Shown here: piece by piece, positions 1-8,812 of the stretch
How the letters are laid out: each line of letters opens with the position of its first letter
How positions within the stretch are numbered: position 1 is the stretch's first letter
Source of the DNA: Omnitrophica WOR_2 bacterium GWF2_43_52
Lineage (GTDB): Bacteria > Omnitrophota > Gorgyraeia > Gygaellales > UBA12090
Direction: 5' to 3'
Assembly (NCBI GenBank): GCA_001805445.1
Contig: MHGF01000028.1
Span: forward strand, 9,651 to 73,650
DNA: 64,000 nt
The notes under the pieces: model-generated
Seen by the model: only the letters and a program-made list of their open reading frames with translations
The model's database searches: none
Told to the model about the DNA's origin: nothing
Made by a program: the position numbers and the translations under genes

Positions 1-100
1 GCGCTCCGCCGACTTATCGTCGGCTACGCTGAGCACCCCCCAATCGTGGGGAAAATTTTTCCCCACACCCCTTTTAGTACACCGTCACACTAGTAAAAAC
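1..100. repeat. Y-family structured repeat, copy 1 (truncated by window edge)
   Basis: Shares a block with copies at 37858-38048 and 49085-49300 (gcgctc..ccgcc-hairpin-ggcgg..ctgagcaccccccaa..cgtgggg..ccccacaccc). Hairpin stems differ between copies but pairing is preserved. Confidence 0.6.
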
Positions 101-222
101 TAATTTAACGGTGTAATAGTTACATTGTATCGGTAATTTCAAGATAATCATCTACCATGTTCAAATCACAGTGTGTGCCGGTAGACGGGTTATCTCTTCA
201 ATTACCTCTCCTTATCCTTAGT

Positions 223-1914
223 TTACTGCGCTGCCGTAACCCTCACCACTTCATCGACAGTCGTTATCCCCTTTTCTGCCTTTAGCAATGCTTCCTGGCG
301 CAGGGTTTTCATCCCGGAATTACGTACCGCGTATTCCTGAATCTGCTCACTGGTTGCGCCTTTAACAACCATCTCTCGTATTATATCATCAATCATCAAA
401 ATTTCCAGTATTGCTTGTCTGCCATAATAGCCCGTATGCGCGCACGACGGACAACCTTCGCCTCTAAAAAATTGCAGATCAGGATTTAACCCAAGGTTCA
501 AAAGCAATGCGTTAGGGGGATTATCCGGTTTTTTACAGCGGCTGCAGATAACCCGCATTAAACGCTGGGCAGAGCTCATAATAACGCTTGAAGCCACTAA
601 AAAAGGTTCTAGCCCCATATCAATCAATCTCGTTATCGCCTGAGCCGCGTTATTGGTGTGCAGCGTAGACATTACAAACTGCCCGGTAAGCGCGGCCTTG
701 ATGGCGATATCAGCGGTTTCAGAATCCCGGATCTCGCCAATCAAAATAACATCGGGGCTTTGCCGCAGAATAGACCGCAGCCCCGCGGCAAAATTCATAC
801 CGATATCTGATTTTACCGGTATCTGGCTAATTCCTTCTAACTGATATTCTACAGGATCCTCAATGGTAATAATATTCCTTTCCGGGGTATTCAGTAAACT
901 TAATACCGAATAAAGGCTGGTAGATTTCCCGCTTCCCGTGGGTCCGGTAACCACAATCATTCCATAGGGCCGCGCGATTGCCTCTTTCAAAAGCGCTAAT
1001 GAGCCTGGAGAAAAACCTAAAGAGTCTAACCCTACTACTAATGATGCCCTATCCAGCACGCGCAGCACCAAGGTCTGGCCAAAACTGGTAGGAAGCAGAG
1101 AAACCCTGAAGTCAACCTCCTTATTTAAAAATTTAATTTTAAATCTTCCGTCTTGAGGGAGGCGCGCCTCGGTAATATCTAAACCGGAAATAATTTTTAT
1201 CCTGGCAGTAATGGCGTTTTCGCTTTTTTTAGGAATAGTAAAGGCATCAATAAGCTCTCCGTCAATGCGGAAACGCACCCTCAGATTATTTTCCTGAGGC
1301 TCGACATGAATATCCGATGCCCTTCGTTTAAGCGCTTCCGCAAGCATCAGATTAACGATCTTAACCACAGGGACAGCATCGCCCTGCTCCTTACTATTAT
1401 CCAATTCAAGCGTATCTTCTCCCAAAACGGTAGATGGGCTTTCCACAGATTCTTCTTGCGTAACCACAGATTCCTCTTTTTTATGGCTATAGACATTCTG
1501 AATCGCGTGCAAAATATCTTTTTCCAAGGCAAGCACGGGATCAATCCTATACCCGGTAATTATCCGTAAATCATCGAGCGCGAATATATTGAGAGGATCA
1601 AACATGGCAACGGTTAAGGTATCCCCAATACGTGAAACAGGCACCGCGGTATATTGACTGGCTAAACGCTCAGGAACAATGTCCGCAAGCGAACGATCGA
1701 TACGGTAATGAGACAGGTTTAAGGTAGGCAAATAAAGCGACTCTGATAAAGCGCTGATAAGTTTTGATTCCTCCACAAATCCTTCTTTAAGCAGTACTTC
1801 CCGTAAAGGAAGGCCTTTCTTTCTTTGAATTTCAATTGCTTCTTGCAATCGTTCCTTAGAAAGTATTTTCTGTTTTATCAACAGTTCTATAAGCTTTTCC
1901 TTAAATAATGCCAT
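223..1914 (-). CDS. Type II secretion / type IV pilus assembly ATPase (GspE/PilB family), paralog 1
   Basis: 563 aa. N-terminal T2SSE_N-like domain, Walker A 'GPTGSGKST', Asp/His boxes, C-terminal tetracysteine motif 'CSRC...CPSC'. Confidence 0.9.
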   Translation of the reverse strand: MALFKEKLIELLIKQKILSKERLQEAIEIQRKKGLPLREVLLKEGFVEESKLISALSESLYLPTLNLSHYRIDRSLADIVPERLASQYTAVPVSRIGDTLTVAMFDPLNIFALDDLRIITGYRIDPVLALEKDILHAIQNVYSHKKEESVVTQEESVESPSTVLGEDTLELDNSKEQGDAVPVVKIVNLMLAEALKRRASDIHVEPQENNLRVRFRIDGELIDAFTIPKKSENAITARIKIISGLDITEARLPQDGRFKIKFLNKEVDFRVSLLPTSFGQTLVLRVLDRASLVVGLDSLGFSPGSLALLKEAIARPYGMIVVTGPTGSGKSTSLYSVLSLLNTPERNIITIEDPVEYQLEGISQIPVKSDIGMNFAAGLRSILRQSPDVILIGEIRDSETADIAIKAALTGQFVMSTLHTNNAAQAITRLIDMGLEPFLVASSVIMSSAQRLMRVICSRCKKPDNPPNALLLNLGLNPDLQFFRGEGCPSCAHTGYYGRQAILEILMIDDIIREMVVKGATSEQIQEYAVRNSGMKTLRQEALLKAEKGITTVDEVVRVTAAQ

Positions 1915-1970
1915 TGCACACCTTCAATAACGGCGGTATCGTATCATTCCAATAGAGCTAGCCATACAAA

Positions 1971-3683
1971 TTACTCATCACTGGCAGTAACCCGGATAAT
2001 TTCCTCAAGCGAAGTAACGCCGTTTAAGGCCTTCGCAATCCCATCTTCCCGCAGCGTCTGCATTCCCTCAAGGCGCGCTTGCTGTTTTATCGTGTGTTCC
2101 TGCGCCCTCTCAAGAATAAGCTCCTTTATCCTTGGGCTTACCACAAGCACTTCCGCGACTACTGCTCTTCCTTTATATCCTGTATGATAACACTTTGGAC
2201 AGCCCTTAGGCCTAAAAAAAGTATATCCTTTCTTCTGGGGTGGAAATTTTAATCGAGCAACGATATCATCCTTGAGTATATACTGTTCCTTACACGCCGG
2301 ACAGAGAATCCTCGCCAGCCTCTGGGCTACGATACAGCTAACCGCGGAAGTAATCAAAAATGGCTCAACCCCCATATTGACCAGGCGTACAACCGCACCG
2401 CTGGCACTGGTGGTATGAATGGTAGAAAGCACCAAATGGCCGGTAAGGGCGGCTTTAACCGCAATATCGGCGGTTTCCGAATCGCGGATTTCCCCAACCA
2501 TAATCACATTAGGGTCCTGCCTGAGTATTGAACGCAGCGCTAAAGCAAAGCTCAAGCCGATTTCAGATTGGATATTGACTTGATTGATACCCGGAATCTG
2601 AAATTCTACAGGGTCTTCTACTGTAATAATATTTATTTTTGGTTTGTCTACAAGCTTTAATACCGAATATAAGGTAGTGGTTTTTCCCGCGCCTGTCGGC
2701 CCACAGGTTAAAATCATCCCATAAGGCCTGAAGGCGCATTTTTTCAGGTCTAGAAGAGCCTTTTCCTGAAACCCTAAAGTATCAATGTCTAAGTTAACCC
2801 TGGTTTTATCCAGAATGCGCAATGCTACCTTCTCCCCAAAACTTGTCGGCAAGACCGAAACGCGAAAATCAACCTCCCTCGCCGCGAATTTCATCGTAAA
2901 CCTTCCGTCTTGGGGAAGCCTGTGCTCTGAGATATCCAAGCCTGAAATAACCTTGATACGCGAAATAACCAAAGGGCTCATGCTGGTAGCACAATCAGGT
3001 TGTTCCTTAAGCATTCCGTCAATACGGAAACGTATCCTCAATCTTCTTTCCTGAGGCTCAATCAAAACATCCGAAACCTTAAGGTTCACCGCTTGTTCTA
3101 CCATCTTATTGATAAATGAAACAATGGGCGCTTCTTTAATAAGCCTCCCAAGCTCGTCAAGGGGAAGCTCAAATCCCTTCTCCTCCTGAATCAATTCTAT
3201 ATTTTCTGCCGATATCCCCTGAAGTAAGCCTTCAATTTCAGTTTTAGCGCTCTGCCCATAATATTGCTCAATAGCTTGAAGTACCCGGCGCGAATCCGCG
3301 ATAATAGGATTAATCTGATAACCGGTAAGCGTCTTTACATCATCGAGGGCGAGAATATTAAGGGGGTCAACCATAGCCAACGTCAGGGTATTGGCAAATC
3401 TTGAAATTGGCATAATCTGATACTGCCTGCAGATATTCGGGGGAATAAGGCTCAGGACTTCAGCGTCAATCGTAAAACGGGTCAAGTCAATGCTTGGCTT
3501 AGAAAATACCTTCGACATGGCGATAAGAAGTTTATCCGCGTCGATGAGTTTTTCCTTTACCAGGATATCACTTAAACTCCCCCCTTTGTCCTTCTGGATT
3601 TCTAATGCCTGCTTGAGGCTCTCCTGGGAAATAAGCTTACTTTCGGTGAGTGTTTGAATAATCCGCTCTTTGAGGGAAGGCAT
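1971..3683 (-). CDS. Type II secretion / type IV pilus assembly ATPase (GspE/PilB family), paralog 2
   Basis: 570 aa. Walker A 'GPTGAGKTT', tetracysteine 'CPAC...CPKC'. Tandem with paralog 1. Confidence 0.9.
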   Translation of the reverse strand: MPSLKERIIQTLTESKLISQESLKQALEIQKDKGGSLSDILVKEKLIDADKLLIAMSKVFSKPSIDLTRFTIDAEVLSLIPPNICRQYQIMPISRFANTLTLAMVDPLNILALDDVKTLTGYQINPIIADSRRVLQAIEQYYGQSAKTEIEGLLQGISAENIELIQEEKGFELPLDELGRLIKEAPIVSFINKMVEQAVNLKVSDVLIEPQERRLRIRFRIDGMLKEQPDCATSMSPLVISRIKVISGLDISEHRLPQDGRFTMKFAAREVDFRVSVLPTSFGEKVALRILDKTRVNLDIDTLGFQEKALLDLKKCAFRPYGMILTCGPTGAGKTTTLYSVLKLVDKPKINIITVEDPVEFQIPGINQVNIQSEIGLSFALALRSILRQDPNVIMVGEIRDSETADIAVKAALTGHLVLSTIHTTSASGAVVRLVNMGVEPFLITSAVSCIVAQRLARILCPACKEQYILKDDIVARLKFPPQKKGYTFFRPKGCPKCYHTGYKGRAVVAEVLVVSPRIKELILERAQEHTIKQQARLEGMQTLREDGIAKALNGVTSLEEIIRVTASDE

Positions 3684-3690
3684 ACTATGT

Positions 3691-3790
3691 AAAGGTTGCG
3701 TAAGGTTACGTGAGGTTGCGTAAAGTTACGTGAGGTTGCGTGAAGAAGTTACATAAGGTTACAAAGGCACCGTTACGAAACCTCACGCAA
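3691..3790. repeat. 10-bp-phased direct repeat array (aggttRcgtR x about 6) plus one inverted copy (cctcacgcaac)
   Basis: Read directly from the sequence: aggttgcgtaaggttacgtgaggttgcgtaaagttacgtgaggttgcgtgaagaagttac...cgttacgaaacctcacgcaac. Lies between the MshEN gene stop and the gspE-2 start. Confidence 0.7.
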
Positions 3791-3797
3791 CATTTCA

Positions 3798-4253
3798 CTA
3801 CTGGTTCTTGGTTTCTTTATAGTACTTTTCAATTGACTTACGGATATCAGAGGATGTAGAAACAAATGCCTGCACACTACAGTTTAACAGCGTTTCTATA
3901 TCTTCAATTGCCTGGGTGTTTAAAGGGTTGCTCATGGCTATGGTAAGATTATTCGCTATTTTATCGATGGGTATCAAACAATACTGCTGAGCTACGCGCT
4001 CGGGAATCAGTTTAATTAAATCCTGGTCAATTTCATAATTGGCTAAGGGAAGAAACGCAAACCCATATTGCGCGGTAAGCATCTTCGCGATATCTTCTTC
4101 GGTAGTAAACTTCAACTGGACTAATACTTCGCCGATCAAGCCTCCTTTATCATTCTGAAGCTCTAAAGCCTCGTCAAGCTGCGCTTGGGTAATAATACCC
4201 GCGTCCACAAGCAGTTCGCCTAATTTTTTATTAATATTCTTTTGGGGAAGCAT
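3798..4253 (-). CDS. Stand-alone MshEN (T2SSE_N) domain protein, predicted c-di-GMP receptor
   Basis: 151 aa. 'KLGELLVDAGIITQAQLDEALELQ' matches the MshEN c-di-GMP-binding motif RLGxx(L/V)(L/V)xxG(L/I)(L/I)xxxxLxxxLxxQ at every position except K for R. A second, looser copy follows. Confidence 0.75.
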   Translation of the reverse strand: MLPQKNINKKLGELLVDAGIITQAQLDEALELQNDKGGLIGEVLVQLKFTTEEDIAKMLTAQYGFAFLPLANYEIDQDLIKLIPERVAQQYCLIPIDKIANNLTIAMSNPLNTQAIEDIETLLNCSVQAFVSTSSDIRKSIEKYYKETKNQ

Positions 4254-4271
4254 CGTGTTTCTATTGTATCA

Positions 4272-5645
4272 TTACGTTTTGACCGTATCCAATGCCTTCT
4301 GCGCTGAAAGTATTAATTCCTGCGCCGTTACCCCGTCAAGCGGATTCTCCGCGACCACGGCAGATATGCTAAAGTTTCTTTGCGGATCAGGCTCTTTCTT
4401 GAAAAAACGCTCTACCTCCTGCTCCATTTCTTCAGCTATTTTCTGGGCCTGGCGCTTATTTTTTTCAGGGAAAATAACGGCAAATTGATAATCCGCGAAC
4501 CTTCCTATACGCTCATCACCGATGAAAAGATTGCCCATGCACGCCGCTGTTTTTTTCAGTATCGCCTCAGCGGCAATTAAGCCGTGGGCTTTCTGATATT
4601 CCATGAAGTTATTTATTTTTGCCAACACCAACGCGCAAGGCCGCTGGTAAAGAATTGCCCGTTTTATTTCCTCGTCAAGCCGGCTGCGGATATAATACTC
4701 GTTATAAAGGCCGGTAAGCATATCCTTGATTTCCAGTTTTTCAAGGCGTTCAACCATACAGTTATTCTCAATAGCAATCGCCATTTGCTTGCCGAATATG
4801 CTTAAGAGTTCAATGTCGTCAGCACTGTAGGTAAAGTCTAAAAGGGCGTTGCCGATTCCCAATAAGGCAACAGGCTTCTGATAAGAGAATATGGGAACGC
4901 CCAAGAAATGCTTAATCTCAAATCCGGCCAGGAACTTTTGGAAAGAATGTTTCTGATTCTTACTGTCGATAACTGTAGGTATATCTTTTTCCAGCATCTG
5001 AATTAAGCACATATTATGCTCTGAAAAGGTTGCCTTAAGCTTTGCTTCATGGGTTAGCCCCCACTGCGCCTTGAGGCTAAAAATACCTTCCTCTAAATAC
5101 AAAATAAATACCACGGAAGAATGCGCTAAATCCTTCACCTTTTCAACGCAAAGCGTTAAAACTGAATCGATCTCCCCTCCTTGAGCGACAACATCGGAAA
5201 TATGCAGGAGTGCCGAAATAAAATGTACCCGCTTCTGGATTTCTGAATTTATCTGGGCGGTTTTAGAGCCGTAATTCTTTAACTCGTCCATATTGAGCCT
5301 TATCTTTTGTGTAAGCTGATTAAGCGCCTGCCCAAGCTGGCCGATTTCATCTTCACCTTTAATATCAATGTGCTTCGGCACGCCTTGCTCTGCAATCAAG
5401 GTGGCTTCCCTGCTCAGTTTTACTACAGGGTCAAAAATCTGTTTGAGAATCGTGGCCCCGAGAATGACCAAGCCGAGCATTATCGCGATGACAATAACAA
5501 AATTCGACTTGATGCCAAAGCCTAGAAGAAAACTTGGAAAAATATAATTAAAGCAGATGAGGATAGGAATAACCGACATAAGGCATACAGCGATTATCAG
5601 CTTATACTTTATGCCTCGTGAAGATAAAGAACTGCTCTTAGCCAT
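4272..5645 (-). CDS. Membrane HAMP-GAF-GGDEF-domain protein with degenerate GGDEF motif (predicted non-catalytic)
   Basis: 457 aa. Two N-terminal TM segments, HAMP-like region, GAF-like middle, C-terminal 'DMLTGLYNEYY...GRFADYQF' instead of RxGGDEF. Confidence 0.75.
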   Translation of the reverse strand: MAKSSSLSSRGIKYKLIIAVCLMSVIPILICFNYIFPSFLLGFGIKSNFVIVIAIMLGLVILGATILKQIFDPVVKLSREATLIAEQGVPKHIDIKGEDEIGQLGQALNQLTQKIRLNMDELKNYGSKTAQINSEIQKRVHFISALLHISDVVAQGGEIDSVLTLCVEKVKDLAHSSVVFILYLEEGIFSLKAQWGLTHEAKLKATFSEHNMCLIQMLEKDIPTVIDSKNQKHSFQKFLAGFEIKHFLGVPIFSYQKPVALLGIGNALLDFTYSADDIELLSIFGKQMAIAIENNCMVERLEKLEIKDMLTGLYNEYYIRSRLDEEIKRAILYQRPCALVLAKINNFMEYQKAHGLIAAEAILKKTAACMGNLFIGDERIGRFADYQFAVIFPEKNKRQAQKIAEEMEQEVERFFKKEPDPQRNFSISAVVAENPLDGVTAQELILSAQKALDTVKT

Positions 5646-5686
5646 GGGATCCTCCTTTAGTTATCACTGAAAAAGCGTCTTTTAAA

Positions 5687-5776
5687 CACGAATTCCCACG
5701 AATTACACACTAATCATCACGAATACAGCGACGAAGTAATTCGTGTGTATTTGTGTGTAATTTGTGCCTATTCGTG
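5687..5776. promoter_or_regulatory. Dyad-symmetric candidate operator with repeated CACGAAT / ATTCGTG half-sites
   Basis: CACGAAT at 5687, 5697 and 5718; ATTCGTG at 5739 and 5770. Larger inverted repeat ccacgaattacacac / gtgtgtaatttgtg. Sits immediately upstream of the 4272-5645 gene start. Confidence 0.5.
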
Positions 5777-5894
5777 CAAAATAAAGGTTTTTCAGCAGTA
5801 ACTCCTTTAGAAACCTTAAGGGACATACGCACCCTTACCAGCCTCACCTATATGGTGGAATATACTATAACGCTATTGCTCCTACCCGTCAAGC

Positions 5895-7619
5895 TTAAGC
5901 TGTCAAAACAATATGCTGCCAGGGCAAAACCGTATCTTCTGATAGCGCCTGACAATACGATTCCATCGGCCTCTGGCATTCTTCAAAAGCCTTGCGCCAG
6001 GTATTAAACTTAAAATGTTCCGTCCACCCATCAAGCATACAGCCATCCTGATAGGCTTTTAACAAAACCTTTCCTAACCTCCTGTTGCCGCGGGATACTA
6101 CCGCTTCTAAAAGGCTCGTTTCTAAGGCATGAAAATCAAGCCGTACCGCCTTTGGCAGGCATTGAGCTTTCTTTCGTAAATAGTTCCGCTTTTCACGCAG
6201 CACATCTAAAGAATCCATGGCAACGCGTTCAAAAGCAGTATGCGGCTTGGGCACAAAAAATGATATACTCGCGTGCACCTGCCCAAGGTAAGGGGTATAT
6301 TCCTTTCTTAAAAACGATACCTGCCGGGCCAAAGCAATGAGCGCGTCTAAATCGTCATAGGTCTCATCGGGTAAACCCAGCATAAAGTATAATTTTATTG
6401 ACTGCCAACCTGCCTTATATGCCGCTCGGATTGCCGCGTAAAATTCTTCAATATCAAAATTTTTATTTATTGCCTGCCTCATTCTTTCTGAGCCGGCCTC
6501 CGGAGCGAACGTAAGGGTGGTTTTTCGCACCCTTGATAGATACTCCGTTACATTGCCAAGATATGACTTTGGCCTTAAAGAAGGCAGGGATATCGCCACT
6601 GCCTGCTCTTGCATTCTTTCACGCAGGCCGTCAAGGACTTGCCTTAAGAAAGGATACTCGCTGGTAGATAAACTTAAGAATGAAATTTCTTCGTATCCGG
6701 AGGATCGAAGTATGTTCTCTGTAATTTCAATGATTTTCTCTGGCGAGCGTATTCTAAGCTTCTGATAGACAACTCTTGCCTGGCAAAAGCTGCAGTGGTG
6801 AGGACACCCGCGCATGAGCTCAATCGCCGCCCGGTCATGGACGATTTGAATATACGGCACAAGCCATTTTTGAGGATAATACGCGTTATTGAGATCCTCT
6901 ACAATGCGCTTTGTAATTCTCTGCGGCACGCCAGGATACAAGGGTAAAAATTTCTTAACCGCCCCCTCCTCATCATAGTCTACATCATAAAAAGAAGGGA
7001 TATACACCCCTCGCACAGCTGCTATTTTCTTGAGGATATCCTCTTTTGTGATTTGTGATTTGTGATTTGCGATTTGCGATTTATATATCTCAACTATTTC
7101 TAAAAGTGCCTCCTCTGCCTCTCCAATAAAAAAGATATCTATAAAATCCGCCAATGGTTCCGGATTCGTCACGCAAGGGCCTCCCGCGATAACTAAAGGA
7201 AACGCCAATGAACGATCTTTTGACAAAAGCGGTATCCCTGCCAGATCAAGCACCGCCAAAACATTGGTATAGGCTAACTCATAATTAAGGCAAAAGCCAA
7301 GAAAATCAAACTCGCTTAAAGGAATTTTTGATTCTAAAGAAAAAAGGGGAAGCTTCTTTTCTTTTAACAGCCCCTGCATATCTACGTCTGGCAAAAAAGC
7401 TCTTTCACACGCTATCCCAGGCTCTTCATTGAGCAACCCATAGAGTATCCGCAAACCCATATTACTCATCCCGATTTCATATAAATCAGGAAAACAAAGC
7501 GCGAAAGTCACTTCTTGCGCGTCAAAATCTTTCTTGACGGCATTCCATTCGTTCCCCACATACCTTCCCGGTTTTCTTACTTGTAAAAGTATATCCTCTA
7601 TCGCTACCACTCTTTTCAT
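5895..7619 (-). CDS. B12-binding-domain radical SAM protein (TIGR03960-like, uncharacterized family)
   Basis: 574 aa. 'RKPGRYVGNEWN' N-terminal signature, CxxxCxxC 'CPHHCSFC'. Located next to rodA/mrdA/mre genes, as is typical for this family. Confidence 0.8.
   Translation of the reverse strand: MKRVVAIEDILLQVRKPGRYVGNEWNAVKKDFDAQEVTFALCFPDLYEIGMSNMGLRILYGLLNEEPGIACERAFLPDVDMQGLLKEKKLPLFSLESKIPLSEFDFLGFCLNYELAYTNVLAVLDLAGIPLLSKDRSLAFPLVIAGGPCVTNPEPLADFIDIFFIGEAEEALLEIVEIYKSQIANHKSQITKEDILKKIAAVRGVYIPSFYDVDYDEEGAVKKFLPLYPGVPQRITKRIVEDLNNAYYPQKWLVPYIQIVHDRAAIELMRGCPHHCSFCQARVVYQKLRIRSPEKIIEITENILRSSGYEEISFLSLSTSEYPFLRQVLDGLRERMQEQAVAISLPSLRPKSYLGNVTEYLSRVRKTTLTFAPEAGSERMRQAINKNFDIEEFYAAIRAAYKAGWQSIKLYFMLGLPDETYDDLDALIALARQVSFLRKEYTPYLGQVHASISFFVPKPHTAFERVAMDSLDVLREKRNYLRKKAQCLPKAVRLDFHALETSLLEAVVSRGNRRLGKVLLKAYQDGCMLDGWTEHFKFNTWRKAFEECQRPMESYCQALSEDTVLPWQHIVLTA
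7045..7079. repeat. Heptanucleotide tandem repeat (tttgtga x3, tttgcga x2) inside the radical SAM CDS
   Basis: Read directly from the sequence. Encodes 'KSQIANHKSQITK' in the protein. Confidence 0.85.
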
Positions 7620-7666
7620 TTTCTTAGAAAACCTTCTCTCCTAACCTTCAGGAATCCCTGAAAAGC

Positions 7667-8779
7667 TCAGCCCCTTGCATTGATATTCTGCACTATTCCC
7701 AGGCATAAAAAATTTACCAGCATATTCGAACCGCCATAGCTCATTAACGGAAGCGGAACACCTACAACAGGAGAAATACCCAACGTCATTGAAATATTGA
7801 TATACACCTGAATAGCCAGCATAAGGCCAATGCCAAAAGCGAATAATTTCCCGAAATTATCGTTTGCCTTCTGGGCAATTCGAAAAGATTCGAAGATAAG
7901 AACTCCATAAAGCCCTAAGAGAAAAAGCGAGCCCAGGAAACCGGTCTCTTCAGAAAAAATGCCAAAAATGAAATCAGTATGTGACTCTGGCAAAAAGTTC
8001 AACTGCCCTTGAGTCCCTGAAAGCCACCCCTTACCAAAAATCCTTCCCGAACCTATGGCTATCTTCGATTGAATAATGGTATAGCCCGCGCCCAGAGGGT
8101 CAGAATTAGGATTAAGAAAAACAAGGATTCTGTCCTTTTGGTAGTCGCGTAAGCAATGCCATAAAAAAGGGCTCAAGGCGCTACCTACCACTAAAATTAA
8201 AAGAATATAGCGCATTTTTACTCCCGAATAATACGCCATCCCTAAGAAGATAAACATAAGTAAAAGCGCTGTCCCCAAATCAGGCTGCTTTACGATAAGC
8301 CCAAAGGGGACTAAAATGATCAGAAAAGGATACACAATGCCCCGTAAAAAAGAAAGGCTGCCAATATTAAGCCGTATCTGATTGACGGCCTTTCTGCTGT
8401 AATAATGGCTTAAAACAAGAATAATCGCGATTTTGGCAAATTCCGAAGGTTGAAAGTTAAACCACCAGATCTTTATCCAACGCTGCGCGCCCAAACGCGC
8501 CGCTCCCGCCACTAAAACAAAAGACAATAATACAATGATAACCACATAAAACGGATAAATAACCGCAAGAAGCCCACGGAAAGGAATCCTGCTAAAAATA
8601 ATGAAGACTATCCACCCTAAAACAGCCCAGACTAATTGGCGAAAGAATACGGAACTTGTATCAAACGCATGCTTAGGATAGATCTCGCTGTAGAGCATCA
8701 GTAAGCTAAGGCTGACAATGACGAAGACTGCGATAGCAATCGCATGAGCCCTTATATTCATCGGTAGATAATGACGCAT
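7667..8779 (-). CDS. rodA: Rod shape-determining protein RodA (SEDS family)
   Basis: 370 aa polytopic membrane protein of the FtsW/RodA family. Directly downstream of PBP2. Confidence 0.9.
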   Translation of the reverse strand: MRHYLPMNIRAHAIAIAVFVIVSLSLLMLYSEIYPKHAFDTSSVFFRQLVWAVLGWIVFIIFSRIPFRGLLAVIYPFYVVIIVLLSFVLVAGAARLGAQRWIKIWWFNFQPSEFAKIAIILVLSHYYSRKAVNQIRLNIGSLSFLRGIVYPFLIILVPFGLIVKQPDLGTALLLMFIFLGMAYYSGVKMRYILLILVVGSALSPFLWHCLRDYQKDRILVFLNPNSDPLGAGYTIIQSKIAIGSGRIFGKGWLSGTQGQLNFLPESHTDFIFGIFSEETGFLGSLFLLGLYGVLIFESFRIAQKANDNFGKLFAFGIGLMLAIQVYINISMTLGISPVVGVPLPLMSYGGSNMLVNFLCLGIVQNINARG

Positions 8780-8812
8780 GAGATAACGATATGTTCCCTG
8801 GGTTGAACGCCT

